From Camelus dromedarius (Eukaryota): a stretch of DNA of 64,000 nucleotides. The number at the start of each line of letters is the position of its first letter. The stretch's first letter is position 1. The notes beneath the pieces were generated by a model. The model worked only from the letters and a program-made list of their open reading frames with translations. It did not search any database and had not been told where the DNA came from. The translations under genes were made by a program, and so were the position numbers. Of this stretch, positions 1-13,215 are shown piece by piece. The stretch spans positions 112,904,001-112,968,000 of the forward strand of contig NC_087436.1 in NCBI RefSeq assembly GCF_036321535.1, written 5' to 3'.

Positions 1-21
1 CAATTTTTTTTACTCAAAAAT

Positions 22-170
22 TTTATTTTTTATTGGAGTGTAATTGATTTACAATGTTAGTCTCAGGTGTACAGTAAAGCAGTTCAGTTATACATATAAA
101 CATATATATCTGTATCTATTATATGTATATATAGCTATTTGTCTTCAGATATTTTTCCATTATAGCTTAT
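22..170 (-). mobile_element. L1 extreme 3'-end fragment (cetartiodactyl type)
   Basis: T-tract + ttggagtgtaattgatttacaatgttag...caggtgtacag...tcagttatacatata; similar to copies at 8781 and 32210. Confidence 0.7.
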
Positions 171-210
171 CGGCATTTTTATAGAATACAGTTTTTTTGT
201 TTGTTTGCAG

Positions 211-306
211 AATGAATATGAGCAGTTAAATTATGCAAAACAGCTGAAAGAAAGATTGGAGGCTTTTACAAGAGATTTTCTTCCTCACATGAAAGAGGAA
301 GAGGAG
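211..306 (+). CDS. FBXL5: FBXL5 exon 3 (96 nt; hemerythrin-like domain, [32 protein letters not shown])
   Basis: ttgcag|AAT...GAG|gtaagc; translation matches FBXL5 aa 101-132 including iron ligands H126 and E130; too short for the ORF track. Confidence 0.97.
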
Positions 307-929
307 GTAAGCATAATTCTTCCCCTTGTGATTTTGATTTATAAAATTAAAAAAATGTTATTTCGCCTTTGATTCTTCAAAATAATGTATAGGAAAATGG
401 ACTTCTAGTTCATTTTAGGAAATGAAGAAAAACCCAAGGAAAAAGAGTTCATTTTGTCCCCTTAGAGAGTTTGTTGCTTTCCATTGAATGAGTGATTTAA
501 TTCATTTACTCAACAAATACTTATTATGTTGTTATGTGGATGGCACTGTTAATAACTTTTTATGCAATCCTACTGTCTTTTCTGAACCTTTAGAAGATTC
601 TTTAAACTTTTTTCTGTTTTATTTCTTTTTTTAAAGATTCTTTAAACTTTTTAATGTTTTCCTGTATTTTCATATTAAGTTTAAAGAATTTTTAGTGGTT
701 TTTTTAGGAGTAGATTTTTGTAATTAAGTGGTGGTGTTAAATTTATCAGCCTTACGCCTAGTGCACACGTATTAGGATATCACTGAATGGATTAGCAAAA
801 CATTTTCTCATTCTCTTCTTTCTCTAAAGTGGGATGAATATCAGGGTGAGGAATAGAGAAAATATTTTATGAGAAACTTGATTCTTGTTCAGCTGGAAAT
901 CAGTTATTATAGTGATTCTCAGTATAATA

Positions 930-1250
930 AGGCTTCACCTTGTAATCAGATTGCTATTTAGAAAAATCTCCTTTTAAGCCCTTTCCAGACCAGTTAAATC
1001 AGGTGAGAGATACTGACATGGGTACAGTTTAAAGGCTCCCCAGGTCATTATAATATGCAAATATGCAACAGGCATTGAAACTACCGAGTTACTAGAGCAG
1101 TGTTTCTTAACCTGTGATGTATGTCAACATTATGAAACAACAACAAAAAGCCCTTGGCTCTACCTCTTAAGATTCTAATTCTGTCAGTTAGAGGTCGGGA
1201 CTAAACATCTATTTCAGAGAAGAAATCTCCCAGATAATTTTGAATAGTTG
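930..1250. mobile_element. MER5-like hAT (Charlie) fragments
   Basis: aaaggctccccaggtcattataatatgca...ttgaaactacc and agcagtgtttcttaacc...aagattctaattc resemble MER5A/B; boundaries approximate. Confidence 0.5.
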
Positions 1251-1674
1251 AAGGTCTTAGTAGAGCTCTGACTTTCATGATTCCAATATACTGAATACCA
1301 TTCTCATGTGATGTAGAGGCCCGGTTTAGATAGAGGTCAACTGCAGTAGCAGAAGGCAGTTAACGGACCTAAATGTCCGACCATACAGAGTGATTGAGAG
1401 TGTATGACAGGCTCTGTACAGGAAGACCTTCTGGTTTGGATGCTTTTAAATTGTTAAGGGATTGACTTACTAACTGGAGAAGCCACAGAAAGAAGGATCT
1501 TGGTGGTGTTCTCTGCAGTTTTGGATAAGCTAACTTAGTGATAACAACTAAATCTTTATGTCTTGCACTTAATGTGGGCATTTGACCACACTCGAGCCAC
1601 TAATAATTTAAAAAGTGTACAGTGCAACAGAACCAGTTAAGCATATTTCCTGATGAGTATTTTGTTTAATTTAG

Positions 1675-1861
1675 GTTTTTCAGCCCATGTTAATGGAATA
1701 TTTTACCTATGAAGAGCTTAAGGATATTAAAAAGAAAGTGATTGCACAGCACTGCTCTCAGAAGGACGCCGCAGAGCTCCTCAGAGGCCTCAGCCTGTGG
1801 AATCAAGCTGAGGAACGACAGAAGTTCTTTAAATATTCTGTGGATGAAAAATCAGATACAG
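1675..1861 (+). CDS. FBXL5: FBXL5 exon 4 (187 nt; [29 protein letters not shown]...)
   Basis: tttag|GTT...ACAG|gtgaga; overlaps ORF 1687..1884; phase 0 to 1. Confidence 0.97.
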
Positions 1862-3718
1862 GTGAGAGTCGTATGTTTAGATAGCCAGGAACTTACTCAT
1901 TCCAAGGCCATTTACTTCTTGTTGATAAGAACTTTATATTTTGTTTGAAGGATAATTTAAGCCATGTTTCCAAGTGTAGTAAATTTAATTGATAGTAGTT
2001 TCTATTTTAGAATTTAATGTTGTCTGATCATTTAGCACCTCCTATACTTGGACCATGTGCTGTATAGTGTTTCTTAAAGAAGTTTAATATGCATCATAAT
2101 AGTAATAATCATTATTTTGATAGATGATAGTATCAATATTATTTATATAAACATGTAATACAAATTTTTTAGCCAGTCAAAATTATTGAGAACTACCATA
2201 TGTAGAGCACTTTTGCAGTGTCATCCTATTTTCTGAACTCCATTGACCACAGTGGCTGTTTCTGTCCTTCCTTGTTTTTCTCATCAGTTTTCAAATTTAT
2301 TTAATGATTATAGTTTTATTTCCATCGTTCCATGTGTCATTCTCTTGGTTTAGATCCAGTAATATGCAGCGGAGTGAGTATGAGAGGCGTAGTTTTTCTG
2401 TGTATAGTCACTTTGAGAAAACAAATGACAAATGCAAATAAAATATGCCTGCTTTTTTTCTTAATAGACTACTTCCTCATTTTTAGTCTAATTTATCTTT
2501 GATAACTTTGCCTTTTAAATTGACATCCTTAAATCTTTTGCTTTTGCTAGATGAGCAGTAGCAATGACATTCCTGTTAAAATTACTTGAAAGTCTTTGGA
2601 ATCAGTACTTTTATTTTTATTTAACAAAGTAGATGAGATGCATGTTGAAGCAAAGCTGTTTTTATATGTTAAGCTGTATAATTAAATCCATAAAGCTTGT
2701 GTGCTTCACTCTGAAATGCAGCTTGTGTCTTAGACACCAAGCCAAGACCTATCGTGTCTGGTTTAATTTGAGTTATAACATGGGATTTAAAAGCATCACA
2801 CATTTAATTTTCCCACTCCTTCAAAGTAAATTATAGCTGTATTATGTTTAAAATATTTGCCATTTGAAAGGGTTGGTTTAAAGTAATTTGATCATAGCGT
2901 TACTATATTAAAATTGCTTTGTGAAGACAAATCCAGTATATAAGTTACTCAAATTTTTAGTTCCTTAATAATGAATCTTTAAATATTCTTTATTGTACAC
3001 CTCATTTGCACTTTTCCTTCAGAAAATTGCTTCTGAAATAATACGTTACAGGATATTGGATATCCAGTGAGTGTTTTCAATAATAGTTATTGACAAAAGA
3101 TTCCTGATACATGTACACCAGCATTAGAAATATTTACATTACATTGTCTCAGCTGACTCAGGTGGGGGATAATTAGGTTAAGACACGAAAAGGTTAAAAG
3201 AGGTCAGACTTCACAGAGCTCTTATGTGAAATGTGAAAATAAAAGAGGGAACACAAGGAAGATACTGACAGAAGTTGTAATGCATGAATGGAAAGTGTGT
3301 GAGATTTGTGCGTGTCATTAAAAATGCCTTGGAGATCTCATACCCTGGCCGACTCTGCACTTGCTGACTTAAAGCTGTATAACCTGCTGGGTTCCTTTTT
3401 CAAATGATGCCTCTCATGCTACAAAGCGAGTATTGTTTTCCTGTGACGCCTTTGTAAGAGGAAGTCAATTCTGTGTTCATTATTGTAGCTCCTGCTGATG
3501 AAGTATGATTTGGGCTGTGATAGTTTAACCCTCCAGGTTCTTACCAAGTTTAACATCTCCATGTTACCTCTAATCCATGTTATTTCCTTTTCACATCTTG
3601 CAAGCAGGAAGAAGTGGACTTTAGGCACTGGATTTTATTTGTAGAAATGTGATTGTAATTTCTTACTACATTTGCTCTGTATAGCCTTTAATGTTAAAGT
3701 TTTTCTTTTTTATTTCAG

Positions 3719-3901
3719 AAGCAGAAGTGTCAGAACAATCCACAGGTATAACCCATCTTCCTCCTGAGGTAATGCTGTCAATTTTCAGTTATCTTAATCC
3801 TCAAGAATTATGTCGATGCAGTCAAGTAAGCACTAAGTGGTCTCAGCTGGCAAAGACTGGATCACTTTGGAAACATCTTTACCCTGTTCATTGGGCCAGA
3901 G
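3719..3901 (+). CDS. FBXL5: FBXL5 exon 5 (183 nt; F-box, [28 protein letters not shown])
   Basis: tttcag|AA...AGAG|gtaggt; canonical F-box motif in ORF 3691..3909. Confidence 0.97.
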
Positions 3902-5151
3902 GTAGGTAAATGGGATGTTTAGTTTGTTTTAAAAATATTTCAGTCAATTTTTTTAAAATAAATACATACGGACATTCATAAGCAAGGCCAGAGAGGGGGA
4001 CTCTTGAGAGGTTGACTAGTAAGTAGGTTTCATAGTTAGATTATGTGTCTTTGTGTGCATTTTTAGGAAGCTAGCCATGCTGAAGTATTCAGGGTGAATT
4101 ATGTGATATGTGCAATTTCTTTTAAAAATAATTGGGGAAGGAATGAAAATAATTGGCAAAGTGTTGATAATCATTGAAGATAATGTGATGAATACGTGGG
4201 TATTTATTATGCCACTTGTTTAATGCTACTTATTTCTACTTTTGACTATGTTTGGAATATTCCATCACAAAAAGTTAAAAATACAATTAATAGGTTGTTA
4301 GAACAGCTTTAAGTAATTCAATTATTTTAAAAATACAAAATAAATTTTATAAAATTTAAAGGTGAGACATTGTGTCTCCATTTTGGTAGTGGCTCAAGAT
4401 AGTGGAGTCTGTTTTTGTCTTTAGCATATTTTTTGTGATTAGTGATGCCTCATTCTATAAATTACAATTTTATATAATTTCATTGTGGTAAGTTAGTTTT
4501 ACATGTAAACACTTAAAGAAAATTTTTTTTTCATGAGCATATAATGCAGTCACGGGATAAATAAAGCTGATACAGCATGTATTTTTCTGTCACTGAATAA
4601 AATAGTTTTTCTAGGTGAGTACCTCAAAATTCATGTAAATGTTCTTTTTAGTTTTCTATAATTTGTCACTTTGACATGGACATATTTATTTCCCACATAA
4701 TTAAGCTATGAGTCTGATTTTAAAAAGTTTTATTTTTTATATCAATATATGGCACTTTTAAAATACACTTTTGTTAGATATTTAATGTTTTTTGCATGAA
4801 GATGTTTGGAGTGTTGGGTAGATTTATATGAGCTGAATTATTAGAATTATTATCTCATGTGGAATAAGTTTTCCTATTGTATGATAAAATATTAAGTGAA
4901 AAGTCAAATAAGGCAAATATGGATATATCAAATACTTTTTTGTTTAGCTGTATTTTTGATTATGAAGAATGAATTTTTAGGAAGTAATACATAATTGGAC
5001 ACTATTTGAAATGATCAAATGTGATAATGCTGTGCTAGACATCTGTGAGGTTAACCAGATCTTAAATACGCTTTTTTTCCCCTGTTTTTAATATGCTTAA
5101 GAAGTTCCAGTAAAAATGGTTTTAATTCAGTTAATTTATGGTATTTGTGTT

Positions 5152-5367
5152 CAATGGTTCTCAATCACAATTGACTTTACCCTCTCCAAGGGATGTTTGA
5201 AATGTCTGTGGGTGCATTTTTGTTTGTCCCATCTTGGGGGGCTATGCTGGCATCCAGTGGGTGGAGGCCAGGGTTACTGCTAAACACCCTACAATGCGCA
5301 GGAGAGCTCTCCACAACAGGGAGCTGCTCAGCTCAGAACATCAGTGGTGGTAAGGCTGAGAAACCCT
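5152..5367 (+). mobile_element. MER20 (hAT-Charlie MITE)
   Basis: caatggttctcaa...ggcatccagtgggtggaggccagggttactgctaaacaccctacaatgc...gctgagaaaccct. Confidence 0.8.
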
Positions 5368-5894
5368 AAGGTAAATGTAATGTTAGGGGTTAGGTAAATT
5401 AATTCTGCATTGTCGCTTACTTCACAATCGTGTAATTTAATTGCAGTATATTCTCCAGGATCTTTAAATTATGGTTTAACTTTACCTTAATCTTTCCCTT
5501 GACTTCTGTTCCCACCTATTTCTGAATTGCTGGCTGATTCACTACAGAGCAGGAAGTCTTGCTTCCTTTTGTTTATTAGCTACTATCGTGATGGGGGTGT
5601 TGCTGGACCCAGTGTGAAGCCACAGTAGGGGAAGAAGATGGGGTTGTATTCAGTTATTTCTAAAATTGCATGTTAAGACTGGTAATTATTTTTCATAGTT
5701 CTTTTTGGCATGTCTGAAATTGAATTCTGTGTTTTTAAGTGTAATTTTTTAAAGCCACAATTGAATATTTCTAGCAATATTGGCCTATTGCCTGGGGCTC
5801 ATGTATGCAGAGGTTTTTGTTATAAATAGATAATTTTTTTGTCATGGTAGCCAGCATACTCTTATTTTGTCCCTCTTATTTATTTGTTGTGTAG

Positions 5895-6020
5895 GTGACT
5901 GGTACAGTGGTCCTGCAACTGAACTGGATACTGAACCTGACGAGGAGTGGGTGAAAAATAGGAAAGATGAAAGTCGTGCTTTTCAGGAGTGGGATGAAGA
6001 TGCGGACATAGACGAATCCG
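5895..6020 (+). CDS. FBXL5: FBXL5 exon 6 (126 nt; [19 protein letters not shown]...)
   Basis: tgtag|GT...TCCG|gtgagc; within ORF 5867..6157; phase 1 to 1. Confidence 0.97.
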
Positions 6021-7686
6021 GTGAGCTTTGTTTAGAGTTAAAATTATTACATGGTGCTTTATTAATTAATGTGACATGTAACAGTTACTTAGGTGTTCGG
6101 GTTTATGTATTTTGTGTTTGTAAAGAAACTGGTGTTTTTAACCCTATTACTTTTTAAACTTTGAAGGAATAATAAGCATATTTAAAGTTTTGTTTGAAGT
6201 ATTTTTAAAAAATACACAGGGTTGTTTCCCATATGTTTTAATATTTATTTCGACACTAAAAAAATCAGAAAATGACAGCTGGTTTTCCTTATTGGAATAA
6301 TATACATTCATTTTAGTGCTCTGCAGTTTGCAATGTGTTTTTAGGGCCATTTCAGCTGATTAGTACTGTTATATTGAGTCATACTGTGGCCCAGAGGGAG
6401 AAACATGAATCTGTTGAATCTGTTCATTTATTTGTAAACAGTCACGCCACTTGCCTCACGTGGTTGTTAGTATAGAACTAAGTATAGTTAGTATAGAACT
6501 AAGAAGTAATGTACATGGAAATTCCTTGTAAATGGTAAGAAGTTATATAAACTAGTGTAGCCATTCATTAAGCACTGTGAGAGAATTCAAGGGCGAATAA
6601 GACTATTCCTGCCCTCAAAGAACTCAGCAAACAGGAGAATTTAGAATACATGATTCTTAATCAAGGTACGTACTGGAAAGTCCTGTAATAGAGGTGCAGT
6701 AAGATGCTATTTGGGAATATGGAGGAGAAAGGTATAAATTCTGTTTTAGATACTGTTCTATATAATAATTAGTAAAAGATGGTGAAATAATAAAAAAAAT
6801 GAATGAATAAGATACTCTGCTACTTGGTAAAATTGAACCTGTAGGGATTTTTTGTTTGTAAGCTGCCTACTTACAGTAAGCTGGTCTGGCAAAAGAACTA
6901 AACATGTGGAAAGTAAGGACTATAAATACAAAGATTATTCTATCAGCAGCAAGTTTATTTTTATGAAATAAAGGTGCCACAGCTTTGTATAGTTTTAAAT
7001 GTTTGGAGGGTACCATGTAAGAAAGAGGTCTGTTCTAGTTTAATTTGGTGATTTGCTTGCACTGTGGCAGGCACTTTCTGGGCATGAGATTAATAGTGAA
7101 CAAAATGGAAAAAAAATCCTTGGCCTTGTTTAGCATAAAATTTGGAGAGGGTAGGCAAACAGCAAACACAGGAAAAATATATATATTGTATTAGATAGTG
7201 TCATCTGCTGTGGAGAAAAATAAAGAAGGAAATAAATGTGTCAGGAAATCTCTTCTAGCTCTGTGTCCCTTTCATCTATGTAAAATCATGAATGACAGCT
7301 TTTATTATGGTTCATTTTCCTTTTGATATCCTATATTTTGTTGAAAAACTTATACTTGAAGAATATTAAGTAGTCAGTTTTTTTACAAAATTTTTTCAGT
7401 ACTTGAAACTGGAGGTTTTTTTTTCCTTCTCCCTACTAGTTAGCTTGATGAGAAAATACTCTCAACTTTTTTTTTTTTTTTTTTTAACCCTTTGTCTCTT
7501 TTTAGTTGTTGTCAGACCTGTTCAACTTTAAGTCCTGGAGAGTGAGACCTTGACCACTTAACTTACTTCGCGTATATAAGGGAGTTAAAGGAGAGCAAAA
7601 AGTATTGCGTATTTAATGATTTGGTGATTCCTTGAGTAGCCTAGCTGTAATTAGTATATTCTTAGACTTTTGAATTCATTTTACAG

Positions 7687-7835
7687 AAGAGTCTGCAGAG
7701 GAATCGATTGCTATCAGCATTGCACAGATGGAGAAACGTTTACTCCATGGCTTAATTCATAATGTTCTACCGTATGTTGGTACTTCCGTGAAAACTTTAG
7801 TATTAGCATACAGCTCTGCAGTTTCCAGCAAAATG
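7687..7835 (+). CDS. FBXL5: FBXL5 exon 7 (149 nt; [50 protein letters not shown])
   Basis: ttacag|AA...AATG|gtatgt; manual translation is open and in phase with neighbouring exons. Confidence 0.96.
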
Positions 7836-8445
7836 GTATGTATAAATTAGCACTAGTTTGGGTATTAAGAAAAAGTAGCAATGACCTACATTTGGCTTGC
7901 TTATTCCTAAGTTTAATTAAGGAAAAAAAAATAACAATTTACCCATGAGAGTACCTTATCATGGGTAGGGATACACTGTTAATTTTTATATTTTTCATGT
8001 TAATTCTCATAGTAATCTTGGTATATAGATATCATTGTCTACACATTGTAGAAAAGGAAACAGAGACTAAGAGAGGTTAAATCATTTATTTAGTTTCACA
8101 GATTATATTAAGTGATGAAACCCAGTTTTATATGATTCTTTATAATATGTAAGACATGGTAAGATGGGCAACTGAGAATAAATCACTGCTTTATAAAAGA
8201 CTATCTTGTGACATTCTACATCAGCATCTCCTTGGGTATTCCTTCAAAATATAAATTTCCTGGATCTAATCTTACAATTAGTAAAATAGATTCACTGGGA
8301 CTTAATCATATAATATATATTTGTAATGCAGAATCAGAGTGATGTTTTACATGCAGAAAAGCTTGAGAACCACTGGATTAATATTATGTCTCTTGTCTAA
8401 AACTAAAAGGCTACAGATCTTCATAGTGACTTTTTTCCTTCCTAG

Positions 8446-8528
8446 GTTAGGCAGATTTTAGAGCTTTGTCCTAACCTGGAGCATCTGGATCTTACCCAAA
8501 CTGACATTTCAGATTCTGCATTTGACAG
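8446..8528 (+). CDS. FBXL5: FBXL5 exon 8 (83 nt; [30 protein letters not shown])
   Basis: cctag|GTT...GACAG|gttagt; LRR consensus LxxLxL. Confidence 0.96.
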
Positions 8529-8780
8529 GTTAGTTATTTTTGAATATTTATATTTAATGATCTCTAACTGTGAATCAATAGAATCGTTCCTGTAATTTTT
8601 CATTTGCATAATTTGAGTTTAATTATACTATGGTTTTTTACTATCAGATTTCAATCATGTTATGTCAGTAACTTGATAGCACCCTCCAGTTCTTTGCCTC
8701 TTGTCCATAGATCCCAGCTGATCCAAAACTCGTGTATCATTGTCATCTTTATAATCTTGTGCTCTGCCTAGGCCTTTTAA

Positions 8781-8972
8781 AAAAAATTTCTTTTGAAGTA
8801 TAGTCAGTTACAATGTGTCAGTCTTTGGTGTACAGCACAATGTCCCAGTCATGCACATACATACATATATTCGTGTCCATATTCTTTTTCATTAAAGGTT
8901 ATTACAAGATACTGAATATAGTTCCCTGTGCTATGCAGAAGAAATTTTTTTTTAATCTATTTTTATGTCTAG
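8781..8972 (-). mobile_element. 5'-truncated young L1 3' end with TSD
   Basis: Flanked by TCTGCCTAGGC(C)TTTT at 8763 and 8973; minus-strand TT|AAAA endonuclease site. Confidence 0.8.
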
Positions 8973-9574
8973 TCTGCCTAGGCTTTTAAGCCTTGCTGTG
9001 CAGCCATGTAGATTGGCGCAGTTAGGCTCCCAGTACCATTTGGCAAAGCTCCCTCTTAAACTGTTCATAATTAGTCTGAAATTCTAACACTTTCTTTAAG
9101 CCACACTCTTCACAACTTTGTTTCTTCTTACTGTACCTTACCTTGCTCTTTCCCACCTCTTCCTGTTTTAGCGGGAGTGATGTACTCATCTCTGGCTAAG
9201 GCTAATTCTCTCCCAATTCCTAGAGCTTATTTCTTCTGGATCTTACTCCGCTAATTATTATATTCTTTCTTTCATGTGTGTACGGCCTTTCCTCTACGGG
9301 TTACTTTTCAGGATGATAAGCAGTCTCTCCCTTCCATACCCTTCTCCTCTCCTACCCTTCCATTAGGTTAGCGATACTCTTAGTTCCTAATTACTCTTAC
9401 TGTCTTTTCATATCCCTAACATGTAAAATAGTGCCTGACAATAGATATTCAGTAAATGTTTAATTATATTAGATTTAAAATCTTTCTTGTAGTTTCCATC
9501 TACTTACATGTAATCAGATGCTTTTGAAGATTTTAACAATATCCACTAATAGTCTTGTTACCTCTGAATTATAG

Positions 9575-10300
9575 TTGGTCTTGGCTTGGTTGCTGCCAGA
9601 GTCTTCGGCATCTTGATCTATCTGGATGTGAAAAAATCACAGATGTGGCTCTAGAAAAGATTTCTAAAGCTCTTGGAATTCTGACATCTCATCAGAGTGG
9701 CCTTTTGAAAACTTCTACAAGCAAAATTACTTCGACTACATGGAAAAATAAAGACATTACCATGCAGCCCACCAACCAGTATGCTTGTTTGCACGATTTG
9801 ACCACCAAGGGCGTTGGAGAAGAAATAGATAATGAACATCCCTGGACTAAGCCTGTTTCTTCTGAAAGTTTCACTTCTCCATATGTGTGGATGTTAGATG
9901 CTGAAGATTTGGCTGATATTGAAGATGCTGTAGAGTGGAGACACAGAAATGTTGAAAGTCTTTGTGTAATGGAAACAGCATCCAACTTTAGTTGTTCCTC
10001 CTCGGGTTGTTACAGCAAGGACATTGTTGGACTAAGGACTAGCGTCTGCTGGCAGCAGCATTGTGCTTCACCGGCCTTTGCGTATTGTGGTCATTCATTT
10101 TGTTGCACAGGAACAGCTTTAAGAACTATGTCAGCACTCCCAGAGTCTTCTGCATTGTGTAGAAAAGCATCAAGGACGAGATTGCTTAGGGAAACAGACT
10201 TAATTTACTCTGGGAGTGAAAAATCTGATCAAGAGACTGGACGTGTACTTTTGTTTCTCAGTCTGTCTGGATGTTATCAGATCACAGACCATGGTCTCAG
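9575..10300 (+). CDS. FBXL5: FBXL5 exon 9 (726 nt; LRRs plus long insertion)
   Basis: tatag|T...CTCAG|gtaagt; ORF 9555..10304 ([14 protein letters not shown]...[15 protein letters not shown]). Confidence 0.98.
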
Positions 10301-11404
10301 GTAAGTAATCACTTGCAGAGTATTAGGAAATGGACATGTTCTCATTCTCAAATAGAGTATAAAATTTTGAATCTAAGTCATTCCTTTCAACTGATTCATT
10401 TAACCAAAAGAGTTAACCAAGATCTTTCCTACTTCAGAGTGTTAGAACAATATAACTTCAGCATTAAGTTTCAGTTAGTTCGATGCCTTTGTGATATGGA
10501 AGAACATAAATTTAAGAGTTTAATAAATACTTAGCAAATCTGCAACACATTTTCTAAGGTACTTTAGTGAATGTAAAGATGAGTAAGTTACAATTTTTAC
10601 CCTCTAGGACTTGTAACAGAGAAGAATATATATATGCCATATTCTGTTGCTGTGTGTTATTTGTGTACAGTTCCTTAAGGGATGTTGAATTAAAGATTCT
10701 GTGGGGATTAAAGGAGAGAGAGAGAGACCTCCTACCAGTTGCAGCAAACAGTCTGGATAAGAATGAATTGAAGAATGTAATGAAGAGATGGCACTGAACT
10801 GAACCTTGAAGAAAGATGAAGGATTTGATGGGTGGCAGTGGGAAAGGAGAACATTCCAAGCAGTGGGGATCATTTGAGCCCACAGTCAAGCCCTGTTGTA
10901 AATATTGTTCGGCCAGTTTGTTGTTATGATTGTTCTCATTATTAATAATGTGTAGTAATTGTTTGATTTTCTTTGACATGAGCCTTTGGAAATGGATTTC
11001 ATGTTTTCTCTTTCACCCTGTAATAGGCTTGAGTTTTACTGGGGCTCTTTAATAATGGGGTGTCAGACGTGTTAAAAATTGGAGATTCATACAGCATAAA
11101 GCCTAGTACTCCCTCTTGTCTTAAGTGTGATCTTTAGCAGATTAAACTGAACTCAGTAGGGGGTGCTCAGAGGAGACTTGGTGTCCCTGTTTGGTTATAA
11201 TGAAGGAGGTGTATGTGAAATGGTGGGAAATAAGGCTTTGGCAGAGTTTGCATTTAGGGAAGAGTTCATTTGGCAGATAGGGAAACATTTATTTGATACT
11301 ACTTGGATTGGTAGCTTATCAAAAAACTTGCATTCTGAGTGCAACCCAGATTTAAAGAAGTGCAACTCCTTTTAATCAGATTATCTTGAAGGAATCGTTC
11401 TTAA

Positions 11405-11700
11405 TCGTCTAAGTGTTTATTGAGCACCTGCTGTATGACTTGCCCTCTTCTAACTGCTAGGGATCCAAAATAATTGAGACAAATTCCCTGCTTTCATAGA
11501 GTTTATAACCTAACGGTTAAAGTAGACAACAAAGATACAGTATCAGACTGAATGTTCTGAAAAAAGGTGAAGTATGGTTATAGGATAGAGAATACAGAGA
11601 ATATTCCTTCATATTTGATGGACAGGAAAGGCCTTGAAAGGAAGCATTTTTTTTAGTAGAGATTGGAATGAAGTTAAAGAGTGAATTTTGTGCATCTCCT
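11405..11700 (-). mobile_element. L2 fragment
   Basis: tttattgagcacctgctgtatg...ccctgctttcatagagtttata is a typical L2 3' end. Confidence 0.6.
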
Positions 11701-13215
11701 GGGAAAGAAGCTAAGGAAATAGAAAATAGTAATTTAATTTTTAGAAACTTTTTTTTTCATTCATTCTATTGGTTTAAAAAGTAATTTCATTAACTTACAA
11801 TAAGTTCAGCTGGTGTCAGTAGGTTTAAGAACAAATAAAACTTGTGCAAGCCTTCAGCTCAACTTCTGGGAACAGAAGTGCTGGTTGGGAGCGTTCTAGT
11901 ATCACTCTGCATTAGTCATTATGTTTTATTTGGGAATGTGTAGCATGAGTTCTGACAAGTTGGTTATGGGGCATGTTAAAAGAGCATTGACTGTAAGAAT
12001 ATAGGTTGAAAATCAAAGTTTTAAACTAGATTGAAGCCATAGGGAACAGATAGTGTTGTGTGTAGTCTTCATGCAACATTTTCTGGTTTTCATAGGAATG
12101 AAATAAAGTAAATCTTGGCTATCATTGAGTAAAAAGCCTCTTATTTAAAGTCTCACTTTCTTTGGCCCCCTCACATTGCCATCACTGTTTGGGTATAAAC
12201 TACTCCTTTCTCTCCTTGAACCCAAGGCAACTGCTCTTGAGTCTTTTGCAGATGCCCTGTATAGTTGGGTCTGCAGTCAAATATTCTGTCATTTAATTGA
12301 TGGTTTCACCATATAACATGTAAAGTAATTATTGGTATGGTTGGATTTAATCCTACCGTTTAACTGTTTTTCCCTTGTTTCTCTTTTCTTTTTTACTGTT
12401 TTGTCTTTCCTGACTTGTTTTGGATATATTAAGTACTTTTAGTATCTGCTTTATCTCTACTGTTGGCTAGTATCTCATTTATTTCGTGTGTGCTCTAGGG
12501 TTTGTATGCATCTTGTAAAAAAAATTGTGGTATAATTACATACCAGAAAGGTTACTATTTTAACCATTTTTAAGTGTACAACTCACTGGCACTCTGAGTT
12601 CACAATGTTGTATAATGTTCACCATTATCTCCAAAACTCTTTTTTAATCACTCAAAACAGAAACTATAACTATCGAACAGTAATTCCTTATTCTCCCATG
12701 CCTCCCGGCTCCAGTAACTACTATTTTATTTTCTGTCTCTATGTTTGCATTATTTATACATCAGAGATACATCATGTAAGTGGAAACATACAATATTTGT
12801 CTTTTGTGGCTGGCTCATTTCATTTAGCATTATGTATTCAAGGTTCATTCATGTTGTAGAATGTATCAGAACTTCATTCCTTTTTATAGTGGAATAATGT
12901 TCTACTGTATTTGTATACCACATTTTGTTTCTTCATTCATCATTGATGTCATCAGCCACGGGCACTTGTGTTTCTGGCTTTTAACTGTTGTGAATAATGC
13001 TGCTGTGAGTATTGATATACAAGTATTTGAATGCTTGTTTACATTTCTTCTGTAATTTCTTTAGCAGTGTTCTGCAGTTTTCAGTACGAGTCTTTTGCCT
13101 TCTTGGTTAAATTCATTCTTAAGTATTTAAATCTTTTTAATGCTATTATAAATGGAATTTTCTCTATTTCCTTTTCAGATTGATTGTGTTAGTATATAGA
13201 AATATAACTGATTTT

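Noticed and set aside
6466..6503. 17-bp direct repeat GTTAGTATAGAACTAAG with 21-bp period
   Set aside because: Two copies only, in MIR-like sequence; ordinary local duplication, not an array
7940..7967. Hairpin TACCCATGA-N10-TCATGGGTA downstream of FBXL5 exon 7
   Set aside because: A single 9-bp stem is plausible by chance in 64 kb; too short for a pre-miRNA and no snoRNA boxes
9651..9985. Antisense ORFs overlapping FBXL5 exon 9
   Set aside because: Shadow frames of a real coding exon with no independent gene features
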